Assembly (NCBI RefSeq): GCF_004010195.1
Contig: NW_025215381.1
Location: 20,037-84,036, forward strand
Length of the DNA: 64,000 bases
Reading direction: 5' to 3'
From: Chiloscyllium plagiosum
Lineage: Eukaryota
The first letter of the stretch is position 1; every line of letters begins with the position of its first letter. Positions 47,270 to 61,536 of the stretch are shown piece after piece. The notes beneath the pieces were generated by a model. The model searched no databases. It saw only the letters and a list, made by a program, of their open reading frames with translations, and was not told where the DNA came from. A program made the translations under genes and the position numbers.

Positions 47270-47757
47270 CACCCAGGTTCAAGTCATGACAGTGCTTCAA
47301 TGTAATAAATAGGTGGTAGGATAACTCTAATGTTGACCACGGTACTATTGTCAAAGGTTGTAAAAATCCACCTGGTTCACTAATACTCTTTAGGGCAAGA
47401 AAACTGCTATCCTTAGATGGTCCTGGCCAAACGTGACTCCAGACACACAGGAATTGTGCGTTGTTGGAGATCAGTTATCTAAGTTCAAGGACTTCACTGC
47501 AGCAATTCCTATCGATTGTGCCCTTGGCCTAAATATCTTTCGTGAATGTATAACTGACCTTCCCTCAGTCATAATGTGAGGAAACATGGTTTGTTAATAA
47601 TTGCACCGTGTTCAGCAGCATTCCCCTCAGATACTCAAGTTCTCCATGTTGCAGTACAGTAAGGGCCTGGGCTAACAAGTGGTAATTAACATTCTTATCA
47701 AACAAATGTCAAACAATTACCACCTTCAATAGGGAACCAAAGTGACACCTCTTGACA
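47270..47757 (+). mobile_element. decayed SINE (47270-47450) followed by an old CR1-group RT fragment
   Basis: ctggttcactaata motif; then degenerate VVG.Q.S..QD..A..P...LG..IF...I.DLPS. Confidence 0.5.
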
Positions 47758-50700
47758 NNNNNNNNNNNNNNNNNNNNNNNNNNNNNNNNNNNNNNNNNNN
47801 NNNNNNNNNNNNNNNNNNNNNNNNNNNNNNNNNNNNNNNNNNNNNNNNNNNNNNNNNNNNNNNNNNNNNNNNNNNNNNNNNNNNNNNNNNNNNNNNNNNN
47901 NNNNNNNNNNNNNNNNNNNNNNNNNNNNNNNNNNNNNNNNNNNNNNNNNNNNNNNNNNNNNNNNNNNNNNNNNNNNNNNNNNNNNNNNNNNNNNNNNNNN
48001 NNNNNNNNNNNNNNNNNNNNNNNNNNNNNNNNNNNNNNNNNNNNNNNNNNNNNNNNNNNNNNNNNNNNNNNNNNNNNNNNNNNNNNNNNNNNNNNNNNNN
48101 NNNNNNNNNNNNNNNNNNNNNNNNNNNNNNNNNNNNNNNNNNNNNNNNNNNNNNNNNNNNNNNNNNNNNNNNNNNNNNNNNNNNNNNNNNNNNNNNNNNN
48201 NNNNNNNNNNNNNNNNNNNNNNNNNNNNNNNNNNNNNNNNNNNNNNNNNNNNNNNNNTCAGTGATGCATTGGTTGGAAGTGAGGTCAGTGATGTATCTGA
48301 GTGCACAGTGAGGTCATTGACGCATTGGGATTGACACTGAGATCAGTGATGTATCTGGGTGGACAGTGAGGTCAGTGATGTATTGGGGTGGACAGCAATG
48401 TCAGTGATGCATCAGGGTGGACAGTGAGGTCAGTGATTTATTTGGGTGGACAGTGAGTCAGTGATGTATCAGATGGAGAGTGAGGTCAGTGATGTATCGG
48501 TGTGTATAATGATGTCAGTGATATATCTGGACAGGCAATGAGATCAGTGATATATCTGGATGAATAGTGATGTCAGTAATGTACCGGGGTGGACAGTGAG
48601 GTCAGTGATTTATTTGGGTGGACAGTGAGGTCAGTGATGTATCAGATGGAGAGTGATGTCAGTGATGTATCTGAAGAGGCAGTGAGATCAGTGATGTATC
48701 TGGGTAGACAGAGAAGTCAGTGATATATCTGGATGACTCGTGATGTCAGTAATTTACTGGGGTGGACAGTGAGGTCAGTGATTTATCTGGGTGGACAGTG
48801 AGGTCAGTGATGGACCGGGGTAATCAGTGAGGTCAGTAATGTATCACAGTGGACAGAGAAGTCTGTGATGTAACTCTGTGGACAGTCAGGTCAGTGATGT
48901 ATCTGAGGGCACAGTGAGGTCAATGACATATTGGGATTGACAGTGAGGTCAGTGATGTATCTGAGTGGACTGTGAGGTCAGTGATTTATCTGTGTGGTCA
49001 GTGAGGTCAGTGATGTATTGGGATGTATAATGAGGTCAGTGATGCATCAGGATGGAGAGGGAGGTCAGTGATGTATCTGGGGTGGACAGTGATTTCAATG
49101 CTGTATCGGTGTGGACAGGGAGATCAGTGACGTATCTGGGTGGACAGTGAGGTCAGTGATGTATCTGAGTGCACAGTGAGGTCAGTGATTTATCTGGGTG
49201 GACAGTGAGGTCAGTGGTGAACCGGGGTAGACAATGAGGTCAGTGATGTCTCTGGGTGGACAGTGACATCAGTGATGTATCGGGATGGAGAGTGAGGTCA
49301 GTGATGTATTTAGGTCGACAATAAGTTAAGTGATGTATCTGGGTGGACAGTGAGGTCATTGATTTATCTGAGTGGACAGTGAGGTCAGTGATGTACCAGG
49401 GTAGACAATGAGGTCAGTGATGCATCAGGATGGAGAGGGAGGTCAGTGATGTATCTGGGGTGGACAGTGATTTCAATGCTGTATCGGTGTGGACAGGGAG
49501 GTCAGTGACGTATCTGGGTGGACAGTGAGGTCAGTGATGTACCGGGTTAGACAATGAGGTCAGTGATGTCTCTGGGTGGACAATGAGGTCAGTGATGTAT
49601 CTGGGTGGTCAGTGAAGTCAGTGATGTATCGCACTGGACAGAGAGGTCGTGATGTATCTGTGTGGACAGTGAGGTCAGTGATGTATCTGAGTGGACAGTG
49701 AGGTCAATTCTGTATCTGGCTACACAGTGAGGTCGGTGATGTATCATATGCAGAGTGATGTCAGTCATGTATCAGAGTGGACAAGGTGGTCAGTAATGTA
49801 TCTGCGTGGACAGTGAGGTCAGTGATGTATCAGATGGAAAGTGAAGTCAGTGATGTATCTGAGTGGACAGTGAGGTCAGTGATGTCCTGGGGGGACAGTG
49901 AGGTCAGTGATGTACTGGGGAAGACAATGAGGTCAGTGATGTTTCTGGCTGGACAAAGAGGTCAGTGATGTGTCTGGGCGGTCAGTGGGGTCAGTGATGT
50001 ATCGCACTAGACAGAGAGGTCAGTGATGTATCCTGGTGGACATGAGTTCAGTGATGTATCTGAGTGGACAGTGAGATCAGTGATTTTTTTGCTTGGTCAG
50101 TGTGGTCAGTGATGCATTGGGATGGAGAGTAAGGTCTGTGATGTATCTGGGTGGACATTAAGTTAAGTGATGAATCTGGGTGGACAGTGAGGTCAGTGAT
50201 GTGTCCGAGTGGACAGTAAGGCCAGTGCTGTGTCTGGGTACACAGTGCGGTCAGTGATGTTTCAGATGCAGAGTGATGTCAGTGATGTATTGGAGTGGAC
50301 AGTGAGGTCAGTGATTTATTTGGGTGGACAATGAGGACAGTGATGTATCAGATGGACAGTGAAGTCAGTCATGTATCTGGGTGGACAGTGAGGTCAGTGA
50401 TGTATCGGATGGAAAGTGCGCTCCGTGATGTATCTGTGTGTATAGTGATGTCAGTGATGTATCTGGATAGGCAGTGAGATCAGTGATGTATCTGGGTAGA
50501 CAGAGAGGTCAGTGATATATCTGGATGGACTGAGAGGTCAGTGAGGTATCTGGGAGGACAGTGATTTCATTGATGTATCGGAGTGGACAGCGATGTCAGT
50601 GCTCTCTCAGATGAACTGAGATCACTGCTGCATCTGCGTGGACAGTAAGGTCAGTGATATATTTGGGTGGACAGTGATGTCAGTGATGTATCTTTGGGGC

Positions 50701-53271
50701 AGTGAGGTCACTGCTGTATTTAGACAGACAATGAGGAAAGTGATGTATCTATTTGGACATTGAAGCCAGTGATGTATTTGGGTGGACACCGAGGTCAGTG
50801 ATGTATTGGGGTAGACAGTGGAGTCAGTGATCTATTGGGGTGGGCAGTGAGGTCAGTGATGCATCTGGAGGCATGGTGAGATCAGTAATGTATCTGAGTG
50901 GACCGTGAGGTCAATAATTTATCAGGAAGGTCAGTGAGGTCAGTGATGTATCTGAGTGGACTGTGATGTCAGTGATGTATCGCACTGGACAGAGAGGTCA
51001 GGGATGTATCTAGGTGGACAGTCAGGTTAGTGATGTATCTGAGTGGACAGCGAGGTCAATTCTGTATCTGGCTACACAGTGAGGTCAGTGATGTATCAGA
51101 TGCAGAGTGATGTCAGTCATGTATCAGAGTGGACAGGGTGGTCAGTAATGTATCTGCGTGGACAGTGAGGTCAGTGATGTCCTGGGGTAGCAATGAGGTC
51201 AGTGATGTCTCTGGGTGGACAATGAGGTCAGTGATGTATCTGGGTGCTCAGTGAAGTCAGTGATGTATCGCACTGGACAGAGAGGTCAGGGATGTATCTG
51301 GGTGGACAGTCAGGTTAGTGATATATCTGAGTGGACAGTGAGGTCAGTGATGTACTGGAATGAATAGTGAGATCAGTGATGCATCAGGATGGAGAGGGAG
51401 GTCAGTGAGATATCTGAGTGGACAGTGATTTCGGTGCTCTATCTGGGTGGACATTGAGGTCAGTGATGTATCGGAGTGGTCAGTGAGGTCAGTGATGTAT
51501 CGGAGTGGTCAGAGAGGTCAGTGATACATCTGGGTGGACAGTGAGGTCAGTGATACATCTGGGTGGACAATGAGGTCAGTGATGTATCTGGGTGGTCAGT
51601 GAGTTCAGTGATGTATCGCACTGGACAGAGAGGTCAGTGATGTGTCTGAGTGGACAGTGAGATCAGTGATCTTTCTGCATGTTCAGTGAGGTCAGTGATG
51701 CATTGGGATGGACAGTGAGGTCAGTGATGTATCTGGTTGGACAATGACATCAGTGATGTATCTGGATGGATAGTGAGGTCAGTGTTGTATTGGGATGGAC
51801 AGTGATGTCAGTGATGTATTGGAGTGGACAGTGAGGTCAGTGATTTATTTGGGTGGACAGTAAGGTCAGTGATGTATCAGAGCGAACAGGGAGGTCAGTG
51901 ATGTATGTGTGTGGACAATGAGGTCAGTGATGTATCTGGGTAGACAGAGTGATCAGTGATATATCTGGATGGACAGAGAGGTCAGTGAGGTATCTGGGTG
52001 GACAGTGATTTCATTGATGTATCGGAGTTGACAGTGATGTCAGTGCTCTCTCAGATGCACAGTGAGATCACTGCTGTATCTGTGTGGACAATGAGGACAG
52101 TGATGTATCTATTTGGACAGTGAAGCCAGTGATGTATCTGGATGGACAGTGAGGTTAGTGATGCATTGGGGTAGACAGTGGAGTCAGTGATCTATCTGGG
52201 GGGGTCAGTGAGGTCAATGATATATCGTGACGGACAGTGAGGTCAGTAATGCATCTGGGTGGACAGTGAGGTCAGTGATGTATTTGGGTGGACGGTAATG
52301 TATCTTTGGAGCAGTGAGGTCACTGCTGTATCTGGACGGACAATGAGGACAGTGATGTATCTATTTGGACAGTGAAGCCAGTGATGTTTCTGGATGGACA
52401 GTGAGGTTAGTGATGCATTGGGGTAGACAGTGGAGTCAGTGATCTATCTGGGGGGGTCAGTGAGGTCAATGATATATCGTGACGGACAGTGAGGTCAGTA
52501 ATGCATCTGGGTGGACAGTGAGGTCAGTGATGTATCAGGATAGACAATAGAGTCAGTGATCTATCTGGGTGGACAGTGAGGTCAGTAATGTATCAGGATG
52601 GGTAGTGAGGTCAGTGATGCATCTGGAGGCATAGTGAGGTCAGTAATGTATATGGGTGGGCTGTGATTTCAATGATTTATCAGAATGGACAGTGAGGTTA
52701 GTGATGCATTTGGTGGTACAGTGAGGTCAGTGATGTATCTGAGTGGACTGTGATGTCCGTGATGTGTCTGGGTGGACAGTGCGGTCAGTGATGTATCTGT
52801 GTGTATAGTGATGCCAGTGATTTATCTGGATAGGCAGTGAGATCAGTGATGTATCTGGGTAGACAGAGAGGTCAGTGATGTATCTGGGTGGACAGTGAGG
52901 TCAGTGATGTATCTGTTTGGAGAGTGAGGTCAGTGATGTATCGGAGTGGACAGTTCGCTCAGTGGCGTATCTGTGTGTATACTGAAGTCAGTGATGTATC
53001 CGGATAGGTCGTGAGATCAGTGATGTATCTGTGTGGACAGAGAGGTCAGTGATGTATCTGGATGGACAGAGAGGTCAGTGATATATCTGGGTGGACAGAG
53101 AGGTCAGTGATGTATCTGGGTGGACAGTGATGCCAGTGATATATCTTTGTGGCAGTAAGGTCAGTGATGTATCAGATGAAGTGTGAGGTCAGTGATGTAT
53201 CAGAGTGGACAGTGAGGTCAGTGATGTGTCTGTTTGGAGAGTGAGGTCAGTGATCTATCAGAGTGGACAGT

Positions 53272-53622
53272 TTGCTGCTGTCCTTAGTAGCCACACACGC
53301 AGACAACAAGCAACATGAATTCGACTGGGACAACACTACTATCATAGGGCAAGCCAGACAGAGAACAGCCAGGGAATTCCTAGAGGCATGGCATTCATCC
53401 ACAAACTCCATCAACAAACACATCGACCTGGACCCAATATACCAACCACTACAGCAGACAGCTGAATCTGACAACCAGAAGCGGCAGGGACAGACCACTA
53501 TAAACACCGGAGGAAACATCAAAGAAGCGCTTCGCAGGAGGCTCCCAAGCACTGATGATGTCGCCTAGCCAGGGGACGAAACGTTTGCAACAAAAACTTC
53601 CAGCTCGGCGAACAGAACCACA
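53272..53622 (+). mobile_element. Penelope-like element 3' end inserted in the satellite
   Basis: SLVATHADNKQHEFDWDNTTIIGQARQRTAREFLEAWHSSTNSINKHIDLDPIYQPL is a GIY-YIG C-terminus; acagt on both flanks. Confidence 0.88.
53549..53588 (+). ncRNA. minimal type I hammerhead ribozyme motif (PLE-type)
   Basis: GCA-CTGATGA-t-GTCgCCT-agcc-AGGgGAC-GAAAC-GTT-TGC. Confidence 0.75.
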
Positions 53623-56600
53623 ACAGTAAGGTCACTGCTGTATCTGGACGATCAATGAAGACAGTGATGTATCTGTTTGGACAGTGAAGCCAGTGATGTA
53701 TCTGGGTGGACAGTTGCATCAGTGATGTATTGGGTTGGACAGTGATGTATCTGGGTGGACAGTGAGGTCAGTATGTATCTGGGTGGACAGTGAGGTCAGT
53801 AATGTACCGGGATAGGCAGTGAGGCCAGTGATGTCGGTGGGTGGACAATGAGGTCAGTGATGTATCTGGGTGGACAGTGAGGCCAGTGCTATATTTGGTT
53901 ACACAGTGAGGTCAGTGATGTATCAGATGGAGAGTGAGGTCAGTGATGTATCGGAGTGGACAGTGAGGTCAGTGATGTATCTGTTTGTATAGTGATGTCA
54001 GTGATGTATCCGGACAGGCAGTGAGATCAGTGATGCATCTGGGTGTACAGTGAGGTCAGTGATGTATCTGGGTTGACAGTGATTTCATTGATGAATCAGA
54101 GTGGACAGTGAGGTCAGTGCTCTCTCAGATGAACAGTGAGGTCACTGCTGTATCTGGACGGACAATGAGGACAGTGATGTATGTATTTGGACAGTGAGGC
54201 CAGTGATGTGTCTGGGTGGACACCGAGGTCAGTGATTATCTGGTTAGACAGTGAGGTCCGTGATGTATCTGGGTGAACAGTGAGGTCAGTGAATTTTCTG
54301 AGATACAGTGAGGTCGGTGATGTACCGTTTGGACAGTGATGTCAGAGCTGTACTGGGTTGGACAGTGAGGTCAGTGATGTATCTGGATGAACAGTGATGT
54401 CAGTAATGTACCGGGGTGGACAGTGAGGTCAGTGATGTATCGGAGTGGACTGTGAGGTCAGTGACCGATCGCATAAACAGTGAGGTCTGTGATTTATTGG
54501 GATGGACAGTGAGGTATGTGATGTACCGAAGTAGACAGTGAAGTTAGTGTCGTCTCTATGTGGACAATGAGATAAGTGATGTGCCTAGGTGGACAGTGAG
54601 GTCAGTGATGTATCAGAGTGGACAGAGAAGTCAGTAATGTATCTGGGTTGAACAGTCATGTCCGGTGATGTATCTACGTGGACAATGAGGTCAGTGAATT
54701 ATCTGGAGATACAGTGAGGTCAGTGACATACCTGTTTGGACAGTGAGGTCAGTGATGTACCGGGGTGGACAGTGAGGTTAGTCCTCTATCTGGAGGGGCC
54801 GTGAGGTCAGTGATGTATCTGGATGAACAGTGAAGTCAGTGATGTACCAGGGTGGACAGTCAGGTCAATGATTTATCTGGATGAACAGTGATGGCAGTAA
54901 TGTACTGGGGTGGACAGTGAGGTCCGTGCTGTATCTAGAGATGCAGTGAGGTCAGTGATGTACCGGAGTGGACCGTGAGGTCTGTGACCTATCGGATAGA
55001 CAGTGAGGTCAGTGATTTATTGGGACGGACAGTGAAGTCAGTGAAAAACCGAAGTAGACAGTGAAGTCAGTGATGTCTCTGTGTGGACAATGAGATCAGT
55101 GATGTGCCTAGGTGGACAGTGAGGTCAGTGATGTATCGGAGTGGACTGTGATGTCCATGATGTATCTGGTTGGACAGTGAGGTCAGTGATGTATCTGGGT
55201 TGAACAGTCATGTCCATGATGTATCTGCGAGGACAATGAGGTCAGTGAATTATCTGGAGATACAGTGAGGTCGGTGACGTACCAGTTTGGACAGTGAGGC
55301 CAGTGATGTACTAGGGTGGACAGTGAGGTCAGTACACTATCTGGAGGGGCCTTGAGGTCAGTGATGTATCTGGATGAACAGTGAAGTCAGTGATGTACTG
55401 GGGTGGACAGTGAGGTCAGTGCTGTACCTAGAGGTGCAGTGAGGTCAGCGATGTATCAGAGTGGACAATGAGGTCGGTGATGTATCTGGGTGGACAGTGG
55501 GGTCAGTGATTTATCAGGATGAACAGTGCAGTCATTGATGTATCTGTGTGAAAAGTGATGTCAGTGATGTATTGAGATAGACAGTGGAGTCAGTGATCGG
55601 TCTGGATGGACAGTGAGGTCAGTGATGTATCTGGGTGGACAGTGGAGTCAGTGATGTATCAGGATAGACAGTGGAGTCAGTGATCTATCTGGGTGAAAAG
55701 TGAAGTCAATGATTAATCGGGATGTATCTGGATGGACAGTGAGGTCAGTGATGTATCGAGATAGACAGTGGAGTCAGTGTTCTATCTGGGTGAACAGTGA
55801 GGTCAGTGATGTATCTCAGTGGCCACTGAGGTCAGTGATGTATTGGGATGGACAGTGAGGTCATTAATGTATCTGGGTGCAACGCGAGGTCAATGATGTA
55901 TCGGAATGGACATTGAGGTCAGTGATGCATTGGGATGGACAGTGAGGTCAGTGATGTATCTGGAGCTACAGTGAGGTCAGTGATGTATCTGAGTGGACTG
56001 TGAGGTCCATGATGTGTCTGGGTGGACAATCAGGTCAATGATGTATCTGGGTTGTACAGTCAGGTCCGTGATGTATCTGGGTGGACAGTGAGGTTAGTGA
56101 ATTATCTAGCGATACAGTGATGTCAGTAATGCACCAGGATGGACAGTGAGGTCAGTGCTGTATCGGATAGACAGTGAGGTCAGTGCTCTATTGAGATGGA
56201 CAATGAGGTCAGTGATGTATCTGGGTTCACAGTGAGGTCACTGATGTATTGGGATGGACAGTGAGGTCAGTGATATATCTGTGTGGACAGTGAGGTCAGT
56301 GCTGTATTTGGGTACACAGTGAGGTCAGTGCTGTCTCAGATGGACAGTGAGGTCAGTGATGTATCTGGTTAAACAATGAGATCAATGATGTTTCTGGGTG
56401 GACAGTGAGGTCAGTGATGTATCTGGGTTTAACAGTCATGTCCATGATGTATCTGCATGGACAGTGAGGTCAGTGAATTATCTGGAGATACAGTGATATC
56501 AGTGATGTACCGGTTTGTACAGTGAGGTCAGTGATGTACCGGGGTGGACAGTGAGGTCAGTGCTCTGTCTGGAGGGGCCGTGAGGTCAGTGATGTATCTG

Positions 56601-59600
56601 GATGAACAGTGATGTCAGAAATGTACCGTGGTGGACAGTGCTGTATCTAGAGGTGCAGTGAGGTCAGTGATGTATTGGAGTGGACAGTGAAGTCAGTGAT
56701 TTATCTGGGTGGACATTGAGGTTGGATGAACAGTGCAGTCAGTGATGTATCTGTGTGTATAGTGATGTCAGTGGTGTATCTGGAGAGGCAGTGAGATCAG
56801 TAAGGTATCTGGGTGCACAGTGAGGTCAGTGATATATCTGCAGTGAGGTCAGTGGTATATTTGGGTGGAAAGTGATATCAGTGATATAATTTTGTAGCAG
56901 TGAGGTCACTGCTGTATCTGGACAGACAACGAGGACAGTGATGTATCTGGGTGGACACCGAGATCAGTAATGTATTTGGTTAGACAGTGAGGTCGGTGAT
57001 GTATCTGGGTGAACAGTTGCGTCAGTGATGTATCGGGATAGACAGTGGAGTCAGTGATGTATTGGGGTGTACAGCGAGGTCAGTGATATATCGGGATGGA
57101 CAGACAGGTCAGTGATGTATTAGGATGGACAGAGAGGTCAGTGATGTATCTTGGTGGACAGTGAGGTTAGTGAATTATCTGGAGATACAGGATGTCAGTA
57201 ATGTACTGGGGTGAACAGTGAGGTCAGTGTTGTATCTGGAGATGCAGTGAGGTCAGTGATGTATCTGTATGGACAGTGAGGTCAGTGATCTATCGGATAG
57301 ACAGTGAGGTCAGTGATTTATTGGGATGGACAATGAGGTCACTGATGTATCTGAGTTCACAGTGAGGTCACTGATGTATTGGGATGGACAGTGAGGTCAG
57401 TGATATATCTGTGTGGACAGTGAGGTCAGTGCTGTCTCAGATAGACAGGAAGTCAGTGATGTATCTGGTTAGACAAGGAAATCAATGATGTTTCTGGGTG
57501 GACAGTGAGGTCAGTGATGTACCAGAATGGACAGTGAGGTCAGTGCTCTGTCTGGAGGGGCCATGAGGTCAGTGATGTATCTGGATGAACAGTGATGTCA
57601 GAAATGTCCCGTGGTGGACAGTGAGGTCAGTGCTGTCAGTGATGTATCTGGAGAGGCAGTGAGGTCAATGATGTACCTGGTTGGACAGAGAGGTCAGTGA
57701 TGTATCTGGGTGCACAGTGATGTATTGAAGTGTATAGTGATGTCAGTGACGTATCTGAAGAGGCAGTGAGGTCACTGCTGTATCTGTTTGGACAGTGAGG
57801 CTAGTGATGTATCTGGGTGGATACTGAGATCAGTGATGTATTTGGTTAGACAGTGAGGTCAGTGATGTATCTGGATGGACAGTTGCGTCAGTGATGTATC
57901 AGGATGGACAGTTGTGTTCGTGATGTATCTGGGTGGACAGTGCAGTCAGTGATGTATCGGGATAGACAGTGGAGTCAGTGTTCTATCTGGGTATACAGTG
58001 AGGTCAGTGATGTATCGGGATGGACAGAGAGGTCAGTGATGTATCTGGGTGGACAGTGAGATCAGTGATGTATTTGAGTGGACAGTGATGTCAGTGATGT
58101 ATCTCAGCGACCAGTGAGGTCAGTGATATATTGTGATGGACAGTGAGGTCAGTGATGTATCTGGGTGCAACGTGAGGTCTATGGTGTATCGGAATGGACA
58201 TTGAGGTCAGTGATGCATTGGGATGGACAGTGAGGTCAGTGATGTATCTGGAGCTACAGTGAGGTCAGTGATGTATTGGAGTGGACTGTGAGGTCCGTGA
58301 TGTGTGTGGGTGGACAGTCAGGTCAATGATGTATCTGGGTTGTACAGTCAGGTCCGTGATGTATCTGGGTGGACAGTGAGGTTAGTGAATTATCTGGAGA
58401 TACAGTGATGTCAGTAATGTACCGGGGTGGACAGTGAGGTCAGTGCTGTATCTGGAGGTGCAGTGAGGTCAGTGATGTATCTGAGTGGACAGTGAGGTCA
58501 GTGATCTATCGGATAGACAGTGAGGTCAGTGATTTATTGGGATGGACAATGAGGTCAGTGATGTATTGGGATGGACAGTGAGGTCAGTGCTGTATTGGGA
58601 TGAACAGTGGGGTCAGTGCTGTATTTGGTTACAGTGAGGTCAGTGCTGTATTGGGATGGACAGTGAGGTCAGTGCTGTATTTGGTTACAGTGAGGTCAGT
58701 GCTGTCTCAGATGGACAGTGAGGTCGGTAATGTATCTGGTTAGACAATGAGATCAATGATGTTTCTGGGTGGACAGTGAGGTCAGTTATGTATCTGAGCG
58801 GACACCGATGTCAGTGATGTATTGGGATGGTCTGTGAGGTCAGTGATGTATTTGGAGGTACAGTGTGTCAGTGATGTATCTGAGTGGACTGTGAGGTCCG
58901 TGATGTGTCTGGGTGGACAGTCAGGTCAACGATGTATCTGGATTGAACTGACAGGTCCGTGATGTATCTGGGTGAACACTGAGGTCAGTGAAGTATCTGC
59001 AGATACAGTGAGTTCAGTGACGTACTGGTTTGGACAGTGATGTCAATAATGATGTAACTGAGTGGACAGTGAGGTCAGTGATTTATCTGGGTGGACAGTT
59101 AGGTCAGTGATGTATCAGATGGAGAGTGACATCAGTGCTGTATTTGGGTACACAGTGAGGTCAGTGATGTGTCTGTGTGGACATTGAGGTCAGTGACGTA
59201 TCTGGGTGGACAGTGAGGTCTGTAATGTATCTGGGTGGACAGTGAGGTCAGTGATGCATCTAGGTAGTCAATGATATCAGTGCTGTATTTGGGTACACAG
59301 TGAGGTCAGTGATGTATCTGTGTGGACAGTGAAATCAGTGATGTATCTAGGTGGACAGTGGGGTCAATGATGTATCGGAATGGACAGTGAGGTCAGTGGT
59401 ATAGTCAGTGCTCCATTTGGGTATATAGTAAGGTCAGTGCTGTCTCTGATAGAGAGTGAGGTCTGTGATGTATCTGGTGGACAATGTGGTCAGTGATGTA
59501 TCTGGATGGACAGTGAGGTCTGTGATGTATCTGGGTGGACAGTGAGGTCAGTGATGCATCTAGGTAGTCAATGATATCAGTGCTGTATTTGGGTACACAG

Positions 59601-61536
59601 TGAGGTCAGTGATGTATCTGTGTGGACAGTAAGGTCAGTGCTGTTTTAGGATGGACAGTGAAGTCTGTGATGTATCTGGGTGGACAGTGAGGTCAATGAT
59701 GTATCGGAATGGACAGTGATTTCAGTGATGTCTCCGGGTGGACAATGAGGTCAGTGATGTAACTGAGTGGACAGTGAGGTCAGTGATGTGTCTGAGTAGA
59801 TAGTGAGGTCAATGATGCATCTGGATGGACAGTGAAGTCGGTGATATATCAGGTGGAGAGTGATGTATTGGAGTGGACAATGACATCAGTAATGAATCTG
59901 TGTGGACAGTTAGGTCATTGATGTATTGTGATTAACAATGAGCTCAGTGCTGTATTTGGGACCACAGTGAGGTCAGTGATGTATCAGATGGAGAGTGATG
60001 TCAGTGCTGCATCAGAGTGGACAGTGAGGTCAGTGCTGTATCTGGAGGTACAGTGAGGTCAGTGATGTAACTGAGTGGATAGTGAGGTCTGTGATTCATC
60101 TGGGTGGACCGTGAGGTCAGTGATGCATTGGAGTGGACCGTGAGGTCAGTGATGCATTGGAGTGGACAGTGAGGTCAGTGATTTCTTGGGATGGACAGTG
60201 AGGTCAGTGATGTGCTGAGGTAGATAGTGAGGTCAGTGATGTCTCTGGGTGGACAATAATGTCAGTGATGCCTCTGGGTGGACAATGAGGTTAGTGATGT
60301 CTCTGAGTGGACAATGAGGTCAGTAATGTATCGGGATAGACAGTGAAGTCAGTGATGTCTGTGGGTGGATAATGAGGTCTGTGAAGTATCTGGGTGGACA
60401 GTGAGGTCAGTGATGTATCTGAGTGTACAGTGAGGTCATTGATGTATTGGGATGTAAAGTGAGGTCAGTGATGTATCCGGGTGGACAATTAGGTCAGTGA
60501 TGTATCAGATGGTGAGTGAGGTCAGTGATGTGTCAGAGTGGACAATGAGGTCAAAGGTGTATCTAGTTGGACAATAAGGACAGTGATGTATCTGGATGGA
60601 CAGTGAGGTCAGTGATATATTTGGGTGGACAGTGAGGTCAGTGATATATTTTTGTGGCAGTAAGGTCACTACTGTATCTGGATGGACAATGAGGACAGTG
60701 ATGTATCTGTTTGGACAGTGAGGCCAGTGATGTATCTGGGTGGACGGGGGCTGGGACACAGGGAAATACTGAGGAAAGAGATCGATCTGAGACGGTACAG
60801 ATCTGAGCTGAGAACAGATGTGAGTCAATCAATCAATCAATCAGTCAGGGCAGGCAGGGACAAGATAGGACTATGAAATAAATGCAGTTTAATTCATATG
60901 GAAGGGGCCTAACAGGGAAGGCAGATGAACTCAGGGCATGGTTAGGAACATGGGACTGGGTTATCATAGCAATTACGGAAACATGGCTCAGGGATGGGCA
61001 GGACTGGCGACTTAATGTTCCAGGATACAAATGCTACAGGAAGAATAGACTGGGAGGCAAGAGAGGAGGGAAGTGGCATTTTTGATAAGGGATAGCATTA
61101 CAGCTGTGCTAAGGGAGGATATTCCCAGAAATACATCCAGGGAGGTTATTTGGGTGGAACTGAGAAATAAGAAAGGGATGATCACCTTATTGGGATTATA
61201 TTATAGACACCCCAATAGTCAGAGGGAAATTGAGAAACAAACCTGTAAGGAGATCTCATCTATCTGTAAGAATAATAGAGTAGTTATGGTAGGGAATTTT
61301 AACTTTTCAAACATCGACTGGGACCGCCACACTGTTAAAGGTTTAGATGAAGAGGAATTTCTTAAGTGTGTACAAGACAATTTTCTGATTCAGTATGTGA
61401 ATGTACCTCCGAGAGAAGGTGCAAAACTTGACCTATTCTTGGGAAAAAAGGCAGGGCAAGTGATTGAGGTGTCAGTGGGAGAGCACTTTGGGGCCAGCGA
61501 CCATAATTCTATTTGTTTTAAAATAGTGATGGAAAA

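Larger units (their letters stand above)
48258..60745. repeat. ~29-bp tandem satellite array (consensus GGACAGTGAGGTCAGTGATGTATCTGGGT), roughly 400+ units
   Basis: Continuous single-orientation array interrupted only at ~53272-53622. Confidence 0.97.

Noticed and set aside
47069..47272. NLSLLFCRKWKCRLTK as possible GPR139-like exon 2
   Set aside because: Only a vague resemblance, stops immediately, and it lies upstream of exon 1 on the minus strand.
49777..50477. Repetitive ORFs in the satellite (WTVRSVMY...)
   Set aside because: The 28-29-bp unit shifts frame and stops are frequent.
48258..60745. CRISPR-like appearance (conserved core plus variable segment)
   Set aside because: The variable parts are ~11-bp mutated copies of one consensus, not unique spacers; vertebrate context and no cas genes.
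48258..60745. CACAGTG heptamers suggesting V(D)J recombination signals
   Set aside because: They are point variants of the satellite GACAGTG. I saw no nonamer at 12/23 spacing and no V or J segments.
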